DNA of 28,684 nucleotides from an uncultured Clostridium sp. (GCA_947568605.1 CANOPV010000001.1:1-28684); one strand, 5' to 3'; numbered from the stretch's first letter, positions 14,315 to 24,004 are shown. The notes: generated from the sequence alone by a model not told the origin. Numbers and translations: made by a program.

Positions 14315-16669
14315 TTGAAAAAGGATAAAAAGAAAAAGATTGATAAGTCTATTTTAGAGTGGCTTCCTTTTAAGGAAGTATGGAACGACTTACTCTTTTT
14401 AGAAAATGACAAAATTGTAGGTGTTATCAAAGTCAATAGTATTAACCTACAGTTATGTTCTAGTGAAGAACAAGATTCAAAGATATTCCAGTTTAGAAAA
14501 GTATTATTAAGTATGGAATATCCTTTTAAAATACTAGCACTAGATAAACCTATTTCTCTTACAGATCACATAGATAATTTAGTATATCTTGCTAAAAATA
14601 CTGATGATGAAATAAAACAAAAATTACTTGATGAAGACATCAATTATGCTGATAATATTATGAGTAGAAATCTAGTCAATAATAGAGAATTTTACTTATT
14701 GATTGAAGAAAGCAAAGATAATATTAAGTTACTAAAATCAAAAATCAATGATCTTGTTTCTCAATTATCTAATATAGGTTTATCATCAGAACAAGCAAAA
14801 ACTGATGATATTAAGGAATTACTTTTTACTTTCCTTAATCCTAACGAATCACTAGAAGTTTTTAAACAAGATTCAAGTTTGAAATCATTAAAAGAAAAAA
14901 TCGCACCTATAGCTATGAAATTTAATGATAAAGACATTTTACTAGGCGATTGTTATGCTACTAGTATGATTATTGATACATTCCCGTCCTATGCTCGTGG
15001 TAGTTGGTTAGGAATGTTATCTAATATTAAAAACACTCGTATGATGATTAGTGTTGAACAAATGGATAATGTAGAAGTATCTAAAACACTAAAAAAAGGT
15101 ATGAGTGAAACTCGTAGTAAGTATATCAATACAAGTGATAGAAACGATCAGATAGTCCTTAAAAATCAATTAGAAGATTACGAAAAACTTACTAATAAAA
15201 TGGATCGTGAAAATGAAAAAATGCTACTAATGTCGGTAGTATTTTTTTCTTATGCAAATACACAAGAAGAATTACAGAAAAGAGTTAAAGAAATTAAGTC
15301 AGCTTTATCTTCTCTTAATCTTCGTGGATCACAACTTATTTTTGAACAAGAACAAGGCCTTAAAACATCACTTCCTACTTTAGAAATGCCACTTCAAAAA
15401 AGTTTTGGTCTTCCTATGCCTATTACTACGGTAGCTGCTTCTTTTCCATTTGTTTTTGAATCTATACAAGATAATGGTAATTCCATAATTCTTGGCGATG
15501 ACATAAACGGCGGTCTTACTCTGTTTGATTTATGGAAAAGAACTAACAAAAGAACAAACTCTAATATGTGTATTATAGGTAAAAGTGGAAGTGGTAAGTC
15601 CACCCTAATAAAGAAACTTATACGTGGTAATTTTGCTCGTGGTGGTGGCTCTAAAAAAACTAGAATTTTGATTGTAGATCCAGAACGTGAATATAAAGAC
15701 TTATGTCTTTCACTTAATGGAAAATGGATAGACGCAGGAAGTGGATCAGGTTGTATCATCAATCCATTAGAAATTAAAAACTCTACTAATGATGAAGATA
15801 ATAATGCCGCTGTTGTAAGACATTTACAAACATTTAGAACATTTATTAAATATTATTTTAAAGATTTAACAGAATTAGAACTTACTAAAATTGAAGAAAT
15901 ACTACTTCGCACTTATAAGAAAAAGAATATTACTTTAGATACTGATGTTAGTATACTTTCTTCAAAAAATTATCCTATAATAAGTGATTTTCATAATGAA
16001 ATAATAAAAGAATTAGATAAGGCAAAAAATGATAAACGTGTCAATGATGATAATGTAAAATCACTAGAAAAGATAGAAGCTATTGTTCGTCGTATGGCTA
16101 CTGGTGTTGATAGTAAGTTATGGAATGATTATAGTAATCTTGACTTAAATTCTGATTTAATCGTCTTTGATATACATAGTCTTCTTGAAAGCGACGAAAC
16201 AATTTTACGAACACAATTTTTCAATATTCTATCTTTATGTTGGAACATCATAAGTCAGAATCGTGAAGAACAAGTTATACTAATTGTTGATGAAGCTCAT
16301 CTTCTTATTGATCCAGATAATAAGGACGGTTTAGAGTTTTTGAAAAAGACTAGTAAAAGAATCAGGAAGTATGCAGGAAGTCTTATAGTATGTACTCAAA
16401 ATATGATTGACTTTACTTCTCCAGAAGTTGTTAGATACGGTCAAGTTATAGTAGATAATTCAGATTATCAGTTTATTATGGCACAAGGAAGTGAAGAAAT
16501 CATTTCATTACAAAAGGTATTAAGGTTAAGTGATAATGAACGCCGTTTTTTACAAACGGCTGGAAAAGGACAAGCAATTTTTGTTATTTCTCACGACAAA
16601 AGAATTCCTATCTTCGTACATCTTCGCCCAGAAGAAAAAGAACTTTTTGGCAAAGGTGGTGGACGATAA
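14315..16669 (+). CDS. virB4: VirB4/ConE-family conjugation ATPase with a PrgI-C-terminal-like N-terminal extension
   Basis: Walker A GKSGSGKS, IVDPEREY, Walker B LIVDEAH, SKRIRKYAGSL..CTQN. Confidence 0.95.
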   Translation: MKKDKKKKIDKSILEWLPFKEVWNDLLFLENDKIVGVIKVNSINLQLCSSEEQDSKIFQFRKVLLSMEYPFKILALDKPISLTDHIDNLVYLAKNTDDEIKQKLLDEDINYADNIMSRNLVNNREFYLLIEESKDNIKLLKSKINDLVSQLSNIGLSSEQAKTDDIKELLFTFLNPNESLEVFKQDSSLKSLKEKIAPIAMKFNDKDILLGDCYATSMIIDTFPSYARGSWLGMLSNIKNTRMMISVEQMDNVEVSKTLKKGMSETRSKYINTSDRNDQIVLKNQLEDYEKLTNKMDRENEKMLLMSVVFFSYANTQEELQKRVKEIKSALSSLNLRGSQLIFEQEQGLKTSLPTLEMPLQKSFGLPMPITTVAASFPFVFESIQDNGNSIILGDDINGGLTLFDLWKRTNKRTNSNMCIIGKSGSGKSTLIKKLIRGNFARGGGSKKTRILIVDPEREYKDLCLSLNGKWIDAGSGSGCIINPLEIKNSTNDEDNNAAVVRHLQTFRTFIKYYFKDLTELELTKIEEILLRTYKKKNITLDTDVSILSSKNYPIISDFHNEIIKELDKAKNDKRVNDDNVKSLEKIEAIVRRMATGVDSKLWNDYSNLDLNSDLIVFDIHSLLESDETILRTQFFNILSLCWNIISQNREEQVILIVDEAHLLIDPDNKDGLEFLKKTSKRIRKYAGSLIVCTQNMIDFTSPEVVRYGQVIVDNSDYQFIMAQGSEEIISLQKVLRLSDNERRFLQTAGKGQAIFVISHDKRIPIFVHLRPEEKELFGKGGGR

Positions 16670-16692
16670 TTAAACAAGTTACTAATGGAATT

Positions 16693-17352
16693 ATGAAAGG
16701 AAAAATGCTTATAGCACTTCTTCCAGTTATTGGAATTATAATGATTGTTTTAATTATTCTATCCATATTGGCTGCACTTTTTGGAAGTGATACGGCTTTC
16801 TATCAATCTTTTTTCGTTCTTCCATTTGATACTAACACCTATACTATTACTTCCCCATACGGCGAAAGAATAGATCCTATAAGTGGCAAAAAATCTTTTC
16901 ACTCTGGTATAGATGTCGTTCCTACTTCTTCTAATATAGTAGCTGTTGCAGACGGTACAGTTATTGTAAGTGAAGTCCAAGATATGGGTGGCGAAAGTAT
17001 CATTATAGAACATAAACTAGGCGGTCAAGTTTATAGATCTGGGTATCATCATCTTAAAGAAAATTCTAGGGTGGTAAATGTTGGCGATCAAGTTAAGCAA
17101 GGACAACAAATTGGAATTATGGGAAGTACTGGGTACTCTACTGGTCCACATCTTCATTTTTCCTTACAAAAATTTAATGCTAGTAGTCAAAAATTTGAAC
17201 GAACAGATCCTAGCATTGTTATCAATAATAAGATTAGCGCAAAAGAATATAACTTGTATGATTATGACAATTCAAATGGTGGTGGGTATCAAATACCTAC
17301 ACTTCCAGAATTAAAACCTTATGCACCAAGTCTTCCAAGTGTTGGTCCATAA
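16693..17352 (+). CDS. Membrane-anchored M23 (LytM-like) peptidoglycan endopeptidase, VirB1-like role
   Basis: ITSPYG.R.DP, HSGID (HxxxD), GSTGYSTGPHLHF (HxH), N-terminal TM. Confidence 0.92.
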   Translation: MKGKMLIALLPVIGIIMIVLIILSILAALFGSDTAFYQSFFVLPFDTNTYTITSPYGERIDPISGKKSFHSGIDVVPTSSNIVAVADGTVIVSEVQDMGGESIIIEHKLGGQVYRSGYHHLKENSRVVNVGDQVKQGQQIGIMGSTGYSTGPHLHFSLQKFNASSQKFERTDPSIVINNKISAKEYNLYDYDNSNGGGYQIPTLPELKPYAPSLPSVGP

Positions 17353-17672
17353 TTTAGGCCTAACACTTTTATAAAAAACATCTTAAAAGTGGCGAGAAAT
17401 TAGAAAAATAATAAGTTTAAAGTGTGTACGATTGTTACACACCCTAGATTTTATAAGGGTTTCAAAGTAAACGATTGTATAACATTTTAGTAAAATGTAA
17501 ACACTTGTGTTTTTCATCAATGCCTTATGAAATAAGGCTAAACTCGCCACTGGCGAGTTGTTTGTAAACAGGGTTTATCCTGCTTTTAATGTGTTGTTAA
17601 AATTATTGAGTTTTTGACTATTTTATGGTCGTGATAATGGCCGAAGTTTAGGCCTAAAAGAAAGGAAGTTAT
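17353..17672. other. Candidate origin of transfer (oriT) region with an array of short inverted repeats
   Basis: Non-coding, upstream of the RHH-RHH-relaxase cluster. At least six perfect hairpins between 17422 and 17559. Direct repeat tttaggcctaa near both ends. Confidence 0.7.
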
Positions 17673-17810
17673 ATGAAATTATTTTTGATTATATTGTTTA
17701 TCAATATTGTAATATTCACATCAGTTTTTTTATTTTGTGCTTGTAAGGTAGCAAGTATAGCTGATGAATCAATAGAAATAGAAAATTATAAAAAGTCAGG
17801 GGGTAAATGA
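17673..17810 (+). CDS. Small hydrophobic membrane peptide (45 aa)
   Basis: MKLFLIILFINIVIFTSVFLFCACKVASIADESIEIENYKKSGGK. SD gaaagga. ATGA overlap with the next ORF. Confidence 0.6.
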   Translation: MKLFLIILFINIVIFTSVFLFCACKVASIADESIEIENYKKSGGK

Positions 17811-17932
17811 TGAAATCTTTTCTATGGAAATGGGAATTGTTTTTTGGAAATTGCTACACTATATTTGATAAAGATAAAAATAAAATTAGAAAAATTTTAA
17901 TCTATCGTAAAAGAATTTATTTGTTAGATTAG
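17807..17932 (+). CDS. Small hypothetical protein (41 aa)
   Basis: GGGGG SD. MMKSFLWKWELFFGNCYTIFDKDKNKIRKILIYRKRIYLLD. Confidence 0.4.
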   Translation: MMKSFLWKWELFFGNCYTIFDKDKNKIRKILIYRKRIYLLD

Positions 17933-17958
17933 ATTTGAATTTAAAGGGGGTTATATAA

Positions 17959-18138
17959 ATGAATGATAAAAAAAGTACATATTTAAAGGTACTCGTAGAT
18001 AATAAAACAGATAATGCTTTTAGAAAAATTTTAGAAATTAAAGGGCTTACAATTCAGGAAGTTTTAGAGAATATGCTAAAAGATTATATCTTTGAAAATC
18101 TTGATTGTATTATGTTGAATAATGGAAGAACAAAATAA
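17959..18138 (+). CDS. RHH auxiliary relaxosome protein (Aux1-like, 59 aa), not in the ORF track
   Basis: MNDKKSTYLKVLVDNKTDNAFRKILEIKGLTIQEVLENMLKDYIFEN is an RHH pattern. GGGGG SD. Overlaps the next gene. Confidence 0.7.
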   Translation: MNDKKSTYLKVLVDNKTDNAFRKILEIKGLTIQEVLENMLKDYIFENLDCIMLNNGRTK

Positions 18139-18562
18139 GAATGGCAATATTATTGCTTTCAGAGTTGATCCATACAAAAAGCAATTACTTCAAGATCAGG
18201 CGTCTAAAAATAATATGAAAATAAGTGAATATTGTAAAAATGTTTTGTTAGATAATTTAGATCAAACAATGCTTTTAGATAGTCAAAAAAAATTAAGAGA
18301 ACTTATTATTGAAACAGTTACGAACGCAAATGAAAAACAATTTTATAAAATATTGACGATGATTAACAAGAACAATATAGGAATTGAAACTATCATATTA
18401 CAAAATGATATGACTTATAAATATTTTGATATTCCACAAACGAGATCAGAACTTAATACTCATCTAGTCAACCACCCTATAACAGAAGTGGCTAGAGAAC
18501 AAGTGCTAAAAAATATTCGTGAATTACGAAGTCAAAAGGACAATGTAGATGAGCAAAAGTAA
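18122..18562 (+). CDS. RHH auxiliary relaxosome protein (Aux2/MobC-like, 146 aa)
   Basis: IIAFRVDPYKKQLLQDQASKNNMKISEYCKNVLL. Immediately upstream of the relaxase. Confidence 0.8.
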   Translation: MEEQNKNGNIIAFRVDPYKKQLLQDQASKNNMKISEYCKNVLLDNLDQTMLLDSQKKLRELIIETVTNANEKQFYKILTMINKNNIGIETIILQNDMTYKYFDIPQTRSELNTHLVNHPITEVAREQVLKNIRELRSQKDNVDEQK

Positions 18563-19979
18563 TATTGTTACGAGAGTTAGATATAAAAAAGATGTGAACT
18601 TTCAAAGGTTGGTCGGTGGCTGGTGTAAGTATGTTTCAAAAGACGGAGCTAATGGAAAATCTTTAAGAGATTTTTCTTCCGTCAATGACTTATACGAAAA
18701 AGAACTTGGGATATATGATGATACTAAAGAATCAGAAGAATGTTATATTTGGGATAAAAACGGCGATGTTTCAAAACAGGAAATTTTAAAAGACTTGCCT
18801 AAAGATAAATCAGGTCGTATGTGGACGTTAGTTTTATCATTTCCTCCAGAATTTGCTCTTGAATCAGGTCTTAAAACAAAACAAGATTATTATTTGATGA
18901 CTAAAGCTATTATGCCAAAATTTATACTAGATAATGATTTGGATCTTACTAATACAAAGTGGTATGCTAGTCTTCATCAGGACACCGACAATCCACATCT
19001 ACACATAAATCTATTTGAAATAGAAGAAACTAGAAAAAAAGATACATTAGAAAAAACTGCGATGAAATATTTAAAAAGTAATATTGCTTCTTATCTTGTA
19101 GATAATACTTCTTTTTATAAAGATCAAGATTATCTACTTTTAGGTCTTGATTATAAGATTAGAAAAAGTAATTACACTAAAGTAGATCAAGAGTTGTTTT
19201 TCTCTAATAAATTTAGAAAGAGTTTAAATAAAGATTTATTAAGTCTTTATAACAAACTTCCTAAAAAAGGTCGTCTTCAATATAATTCAAAAAATTTAGA
19301 TTATTGTAGAAAAGATATTGACAAGATTATAGAAAAAATTTTATATCACGATAAGATAAAATATGATTTTGAAAAGTACTATCACTCTCTGGAATCAATA
19401 GAACGTGAACAAAAAAAGTTATATGGTAACTCTAAAAATAACAAGTATGTGGAAAACAAAATGAAAAGACTTTACTCTAAAATTGGAAATGATATTTTAT
19501 ATAATTTTAAAGTTTATAATTCAAAAGATTTTTTAGAATCTCAAAAAGAATTTTTAGAAATCAACATAATGAATATGGAATTTATTAGTAGAAATACCAA
19601 AAAGAAATCTACCATAGTCAAACACGCAACAGAACTTTATAAACTAGGAAAACTTGCTTCACTCTCTGATAGTGATATAAAAAAGTTATTGGAAAAATGG
19701 ATCAAGAAATCAAAAATCAATTATGATGTTGATTTACTATTTAATGCTGTTTCTAATACTAGAGAAGATATAAATGTTACTGACTTTTATAAAGCATTAT
19801 CACATCTTGGATATACTAAAGAAAGATATGATACTTATAAAGAAAAATCATTTTATAAGAATTTACGATTCAAACAATTTATTAAGAAAGCAAATTATTA
19901 TTTAATGGTTGAAACAAAAAAAGAAGAAGAATTTTTGCTTGAACTTTTAGAAAAGGAACTTCAAGGCAAAGATATTTAA
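18549..19979 (+). CDS. Relaxase, MOB_L family
   Basis: KWYASLHQDTDNPHLHINLFEIEETR matches the MOB_L signature W-x4-H-x2-T-x3-HUH-x4-E-x4-R exactly. Upstream motif MWTLVLSF. Confidence 0.88.
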   Translation: MSKSNIVTRVRYKKDVNFQRLVGGWCKYVSKDGANGKSLRDFSSVNDLYEKELGIYDDTKESEECYIWDKNGDVSKQEILKDLPKDKSGRMWTLVLSFPPEFALESGLKTKQDYYLMTKAIMPKFILDNDLDLTNTKWYASLHQDTDNPHLHINLFEIEETRKKDTLEKTAMKYLKSNIASYLVDNTSFYKDQDYLLLGLDYKIRKSNYTKVDQELFFSNKFRKSLNKDLLSLYNKLPKKGRLQYNSKNLDYCRKDIDKIIEKILYHDKIKYDFEKYYHSLESIEREQKKLYGNSKNNKYVENKMKRLYSKIGNDILYNFKVYNSKDFLESQKEFLEINIMNMEFISRNTKKKSTIVKHATELYKLGKLASLSDSDIKKLLEKWIKKSKINYDVDLLFNAVSNTREDINVTDFYKALSHLGYTKERYDTYKEKSFYKNLRFKQFIKKANYYLMVETKKEEEFLLELLEKELQGKDI

Positions 19980-19992
19980 GGGGGTTATAACT

Positions 19993-21837
19993 ATAAAGAA
20001 ATATTTTAATTACATACTAGTAGTTATTATTTCTTTATTGTTTTTTACTTTCATCATTACTAATTTTGTTGTATGTATGAAAAGTAATTTTGAATTAAAA
20101 TTTATATATAATCTTTTAGATATAATTAGTATTGTTTCAAAAGATAGAAATATTTTAGTAGGCATTTCTTTAATAGAATGTCTTTTTCTTTTGGCCTTAT
20201 TATATTATAAATATAGTTTTAAAATTAAAAACTCTAACAGTACAAATGGTGTACCTAAAAGAATCAATAGTAATGAATTTGGTAGTAGTACCTTTGCTAC
20301 TATTAAGGAAGTAAGAAAAAACTTTACTACTTGGCGATTTAATAAGAATAATAAGTCTGGTGGTATGGTTGTTGCAATAGATGATAATAATTACTATGTA
20401 GATACTAGCTCTAATCATACATTGATTATTGGTAATACTGGATCTGGTAAAACAGTTTCAGTAATTGATCCACTCATATTTAATTTAGCTGACGCTGGCG
20501 AATCAATGATTATCAATGATGTCAAAGGCGAACTTTACAAAACTACTTATGATTATTTAAAAAAGAAAGATTATGATATTAAGATTATCAATTTAAGAAA
20601 TACAAGTAATAGTGATTTTTGGAATCCACTCACGATCGCTTATGAGTATTTTAAAGAGAATAATTTTGAAAAAGAGATTGAAACAATCAATGATTTATCA
20701 GGTGCAATATGTGAAGATGTTACTAGTCGTGATAAGTACTGGCAAGAGTCTTCATCTTCTGTTTTAAGTGCATTATGTCTTGCTCTTTTAGAAGACGCAA
20801 AAAGTGAAAGTCAAATACACTTTCATTCTATCTATAACTTACTTGTGGAACACGGTGCTAAAAAGTATGGCGATCAGAATTCACTTGATAAGTATTTTAG
20901 TGATCGTCCATTTGGAAGTACTGCAAAAAATCTTTACTCTACAGGAAACTTTGCTCGTGGGGAAACAAGGGCTACTATTTTTTCCATTCTAGCGTCAAAA
21001 TTAAGAGTTTTTGGAGATACTGGTGTTAGTTATATGACTAGTAAAACTTCATTCAATATAAGGGACATAGGTAAGAAAAAAACTGCTATCTTCCTTATCA
21101 TTCCAGATGAAAAGATTTCTAGGCATTTCATAGGTAGCTTATTTATCAATCAAGTCTATCAGGTTTTAGTAGAAGAAGCTCAAAAAGAAAATTCTGGTAC
21201 ACTTCCTATTAGGGTAAATTTCATACTAGATGAATTTTCAAATATGGTAAAGATTGCTGAATTTTCAAAAAAACTTACAGTAGCAAGATCCAGAAATGTT
21301 AGATTTTATTTAGTAATTCAAGATTTTAATCAGTTGCAAGAAAATTATAAAGAAATGGCTGGTACTATTAAGTCTAACACTAGTAATTGGGTTTATCTCT
21401 CTACAAACGATTATAATACCGCTCACGAGTTATCAAATAGAATTGGAAAATATACGATTGCCACTACTAGAACATCATCTTCTAATAGATATGGAAAAGT
21501 TGATTTCAATCTGTCATCTGACACATCACTTACTGGTCGTGATTTAATTACTGCAGATGAGCTTATTAACTTTAAAGTTGGCGAAGCTATCATATTAAGA
21601 ACTAGAATGTCGCCTATAAAGACAAATTTAAAGCAAATAAGTGATTATCCATTTAGATATAAAGTTACTGATACAATAGAAGTCAAACAAGATGAATTCC
21701 ATAAACTAGAACTTTTTGATCTTGATACATTTAGAATTGAACAAGAATTATTTTCCAATAAGGAACAAGTACAAGATGTACCTATCAAAAAAGCAAGTCC
21801 AACCAGAAAGAGAAAACCTAAAAATGACTCTGAATAA
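19993..21837 (+). CDS. virD4: VirD4/TraG coupling protein (ORF track starts at TTG 20038; inferred start ATA 19993)
   Basis: N-terminal TMs, IGNTGSGKT Walker A, INDVKGEL, DPFW-like DFWNP, FILDEF, RSRN..F.LVIQD..QL. Confidence 0.93.
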   Translation: MKKYFNYILVVIISLLFFTFIITNFVVCMKSNFELKFIYNLLDIISIVSKDRNILVGISLIECLFLLALLYYKYSFKIKNSNSTNGVPKRINSNEFGSSTFATIKEVRKNFTTWRFNKNNKSGGMVVAIDDNNYYVDTSSNHTLIIGNTGSGKTVSVIDPLIFNLADAGESMIINDVKGELYKTTYDYLKKKDYDIKIINLRNTSNSDFWNPLTIAYEYFKENNFEKEIETINDLSGAICEDVTSRDKYWQESSSSVLSALCLALLEDAKSESQIHFHSIYNLLVEHGAKKYGDQNSLDKYFSDRPFGSTAKNLYSTGNFARGETRATIFSILASKLRVFGDTGVSYMTSKTSFNIRDIGKKKTAIFLIIPDEKISRHFIGSLFINQVYQVLVEEAQKENSGTLPIRVNFILDEFSNMVKIAEFSKKLTVARSRNVRFYLVIQDFNQLQENYKEMAGTIKSNTSNWVYLSTNDYNTAHELSNRIGKYTIATTRTSSSNRYGKVDFNLSSDTSLTGRDLITADELINFKVGEAIILRTRMSPIKTNLKQISDYPFRYKVTDTIEVKQDEFHKLELFDLDTFRIEQELFSNKEQVQDVPIKKASPTRKRKPKNDSE

Positions 21838-22960
21838 TCAAACTATGACTTTATTTAATTATGAATATCCATTTATTAAACTAGATAAGAATAATGTTAA
21901 GGTTGGTACTTTCTTTTCTGGTATTGGAAGTCCAGAAATGGCTTTTCATAGATTAAAAGAAAATGGTATTATAAATAATTATGAATCTGTATTTTTTTGT
22001 GAAGTGGATAAACACGCGATTAAAAGTTATTGTGCGATCCATAATAAAACACCAGATGACAATCTTGGGGATATTACTAAAATCAATGGTGCTGATATTC
22101 CATATTGTGATATTTGGATCGGTGGCTTTCCCTGTCAAGATATAAGTATGGCTGGTGTTCGTCGTGGCTTTGATTTTGGAAGTCGTACTCGTTCTTCTCT
22201 TGGGTGGAAAATGATACAATTTTTAAGAGAAGTAAAAGATCCACCAAAAGTAGTTATTTTTGAAAATGTGGCTGCAATTACTCATTCAAAATTTAGAATA
22301 ACATTGAACTTATTTAAAAATGATTTAGAAGAATTAGGATATTCACTTTATGATGATGTTTTATGTGCTTTAGATTATGGTACACCACAAAATAGAGAAA
22401 GATATTTTTTAGTTGCAATCAAGGGAAAATACTTATATCAATTTCCACAAAAAATGAAATTGAAGTTAAGACTTAAAGATTTACTAGAAAAAGATATTGA
22501 TCCTAATCTTATTTTATCTGAAAAAGTTCCATTTGATTTACAAAGTTTTGTTGCTAATAAAGATTATACAAAAGATTGTAAGTTAGTTTGTAAGAATCTG
22601 AAAGATAAAAGAAGAAAATATATAATAGATTTATATAGATTTATTGACGGTAAAAATAAGTGTGGACGTGATACATCTAGTAAATATAATCAAACTGCAA
22701 GGTTATGGTCTATAAATGGATATTGTCCTACACTAACGGCGAATTCTACAGAAGATACAAGTAAAATGATTATCTATCGTGATAATTGTTTTTTTGTGAA
22801 AAAAATTAGTCCTTTAGAAAGCTGGCGTTTTATGGGGTTTAGTGATGAAGATTTTTATAAAGCAAAAGACATCGGTACTTCTAATCGTCAATTATTCAAA
22901 CAAGCTGGAAATAGTATTGCTACAAATGTGATTTATCATATTTTAAAAAAATTATTTTAA
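21824..22960 (+). CDS. dcm: Orphan C5-cytosine DNA methyltransferase (likely start ATG 21824)
   Basis: Motif I FFSGIGS, IV GFPCQD, VI FENV, VIII QNRER, TRD TL motif (CPTLTA), X QAGNSI. Confidence 0.93.
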   Translation: MTLNNQTMTLFNYEYPFIKLDKNNVKVGTFFSGIGSPEMAFHRLKENGIINNYESVFFCEVDKHAIKSYCAIHNKTPDDNLGDITKINGADIPYCDIWIGGFPCQDISMAGVRRGFDFGSRTRSSLGWKMIQFLREVKDPPKVVIFENVAAITHSKFRITLNLFKNDLEELGYSLYDDVLCALDYGTPQNRERYFLVAIKGKYLYQFPQKMKLKLRLKDLLEKDIDPNLILSEKVPFDLQSFVANKDYTKDCKLVCKNLKDKRRKYIIDLYRFIDGKNKCGRDTSSKYNQTARLWSINGYCPTLTANSTEDTSKMIIYRDNCFFVKKISPLESWRFMGFSDEDFYKAKDIGTSNRQLFKQAGNSIATNVIYHILKKLF

Positions 22961-22986
22961 TATCATAGATATATATTAGAAAAAAA

Positions 22987-22995
22987 TGTTATAAT
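22987..22995 (+). promoter_or_regulatory. Extended -10 promoter (TGTTATAAT) for the lipoprotein pair
   Basis: Exact TGnTATAAT ~40 nt upstream of 23038. Confidence 0.55.
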
Positions 22996-23037
22996 TGATT
23001 TACAAATAGATATACTATTTGAAAGTGAGATGATATA

Positions 23038-23592
23038 GTGAAAAAAGTATTGTTATTATGTTTAATAAGTATTTGTATTTTATTAACTGGTTGTTCGGAA
23101 GAAAAGGATTCATTTGAGCATTATGATTTAAAAGATAAAGATTTGAATATTTATACATATTTTAGTGATAACGGCAAAGAAGTTTATGCTTTAGCAGATA
23201 TAACGCCTAGTTCTTATGAATCGTTTTTAACGGGGTTCTTCTATAAAATTGATGACAACGATTATATTTTATTAGAAACATTAGAATCATCCCAACAAGA
23301 TGCTTATAAAAAAGACTATATGTATCAATTTTATGATAATAAACTTTATGGTGTTGGAAATGGAAATTCCCCTATGATATTTGAAATAGAGTTAAAAAGA
23401 AAAGAAAGTAAAATTAAAGAGTTAGAATTTAAAATAGATGAAAAAACTAATCCTTTTTTAATAAGTAGTATTAGAAATATTGATAAAGACTTAATTACTA
23501 TTTCTGGGGATATTTTTATAAGTGAACATAGTGAGTATAGATACTTTGAATGTTCTTTAAAAAACTATGAATGCTCTATAAAGGATAAATAA
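23038..23592 (+). CDS. Lipoprotein of unknown function
   Basis: MKK plus hydrophobic stretch and lipobox LLTG-C. Confidence 0.8.
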   Translation: MKKVLLLCLISICILLTGCSEEKDSFEHYDLKDKDLNIYTYFSDNGKEVYALADITPSSYESFLTGFFYKIDDNDYILLETLESSQQDAYKKDYMYQFYDNKLYGVGNGNSPMIFEIELKRKESKIKELEFKIDEKTNPFLISSIRNIDKDLITISGDIFISEHSEYRYFECSLKNYECSIKDK

Positions 23593-23599
23593 TAAATTT

Positions 23600-24004
23600 A
23601 TGAAAAAAATTACATATTTTGTTTTGATAACTATATCATTTTTAATATTGATATGTATTATTTATGTTATATTAGGTTTTACTGGTAATTTATATACAAA
23701 AAAAGAATCATATCTTTCATCAAATAAAGAATATAAAATTGTTATAAAAGGTAATGGTGCAAAATGGCCGTTCGGTAGTGAAGATATAAAGGTGTATGCT
23801 TATAAAAATAGTTTTACTGGCACTTTTAGTAAAGCAATTTATAAAACAAAAATATTTAATGATGGCAAAATTTTAAATGATAGTAATTTTAATATTGAAT
23901 GGAATGATAATATTGCATACCTTTCTTTAAATGGCGAAGAACAAAAAGATGAAATTTTAAAAATAGTTTTTGAAGATAAGGTTACTATTGAAAAAATGGA
24001 ATAA
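23600..24004 (+). CDS. Single-TM membrane protein of unknown function
   Basis: MKK plus one TM helix, then a soluble domain with WPFG, NDG and GEEQ motifs. Confidence 0.75.
   Translation: MKKITYFVLITISFLILICIIYVILGFTGNLYTKKESYLSSNKEYKIVIKGNGAKWPFGSEDIKVYAYKNSFTGTFSKAIYKTKIFNDGKILNDSNFNIEWNDNIAYLSLNGEEQKDEILKIVFEDKVTIEKME

Noticed and set aside
17422-17559. Hairpin array as a CRISPR array or integron cassette array
   Set aside because: The stems differ from each other, there is no repeat-spacer periodicity, and no cas or tyrosine integrase gene is present.
17614-17638. TTGACT...GATAAT promoter for the relaxosome operon
   Set aside because: The spacer is only 13 bp, so it was not called.
21716-21823. 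N-terminal extension of the methyltransferase given in the ORF track
   Set aside because: It overlaps the virD4 3' end by over 100 nt with no RBS. ATG 21824 fits normal translational coupling.
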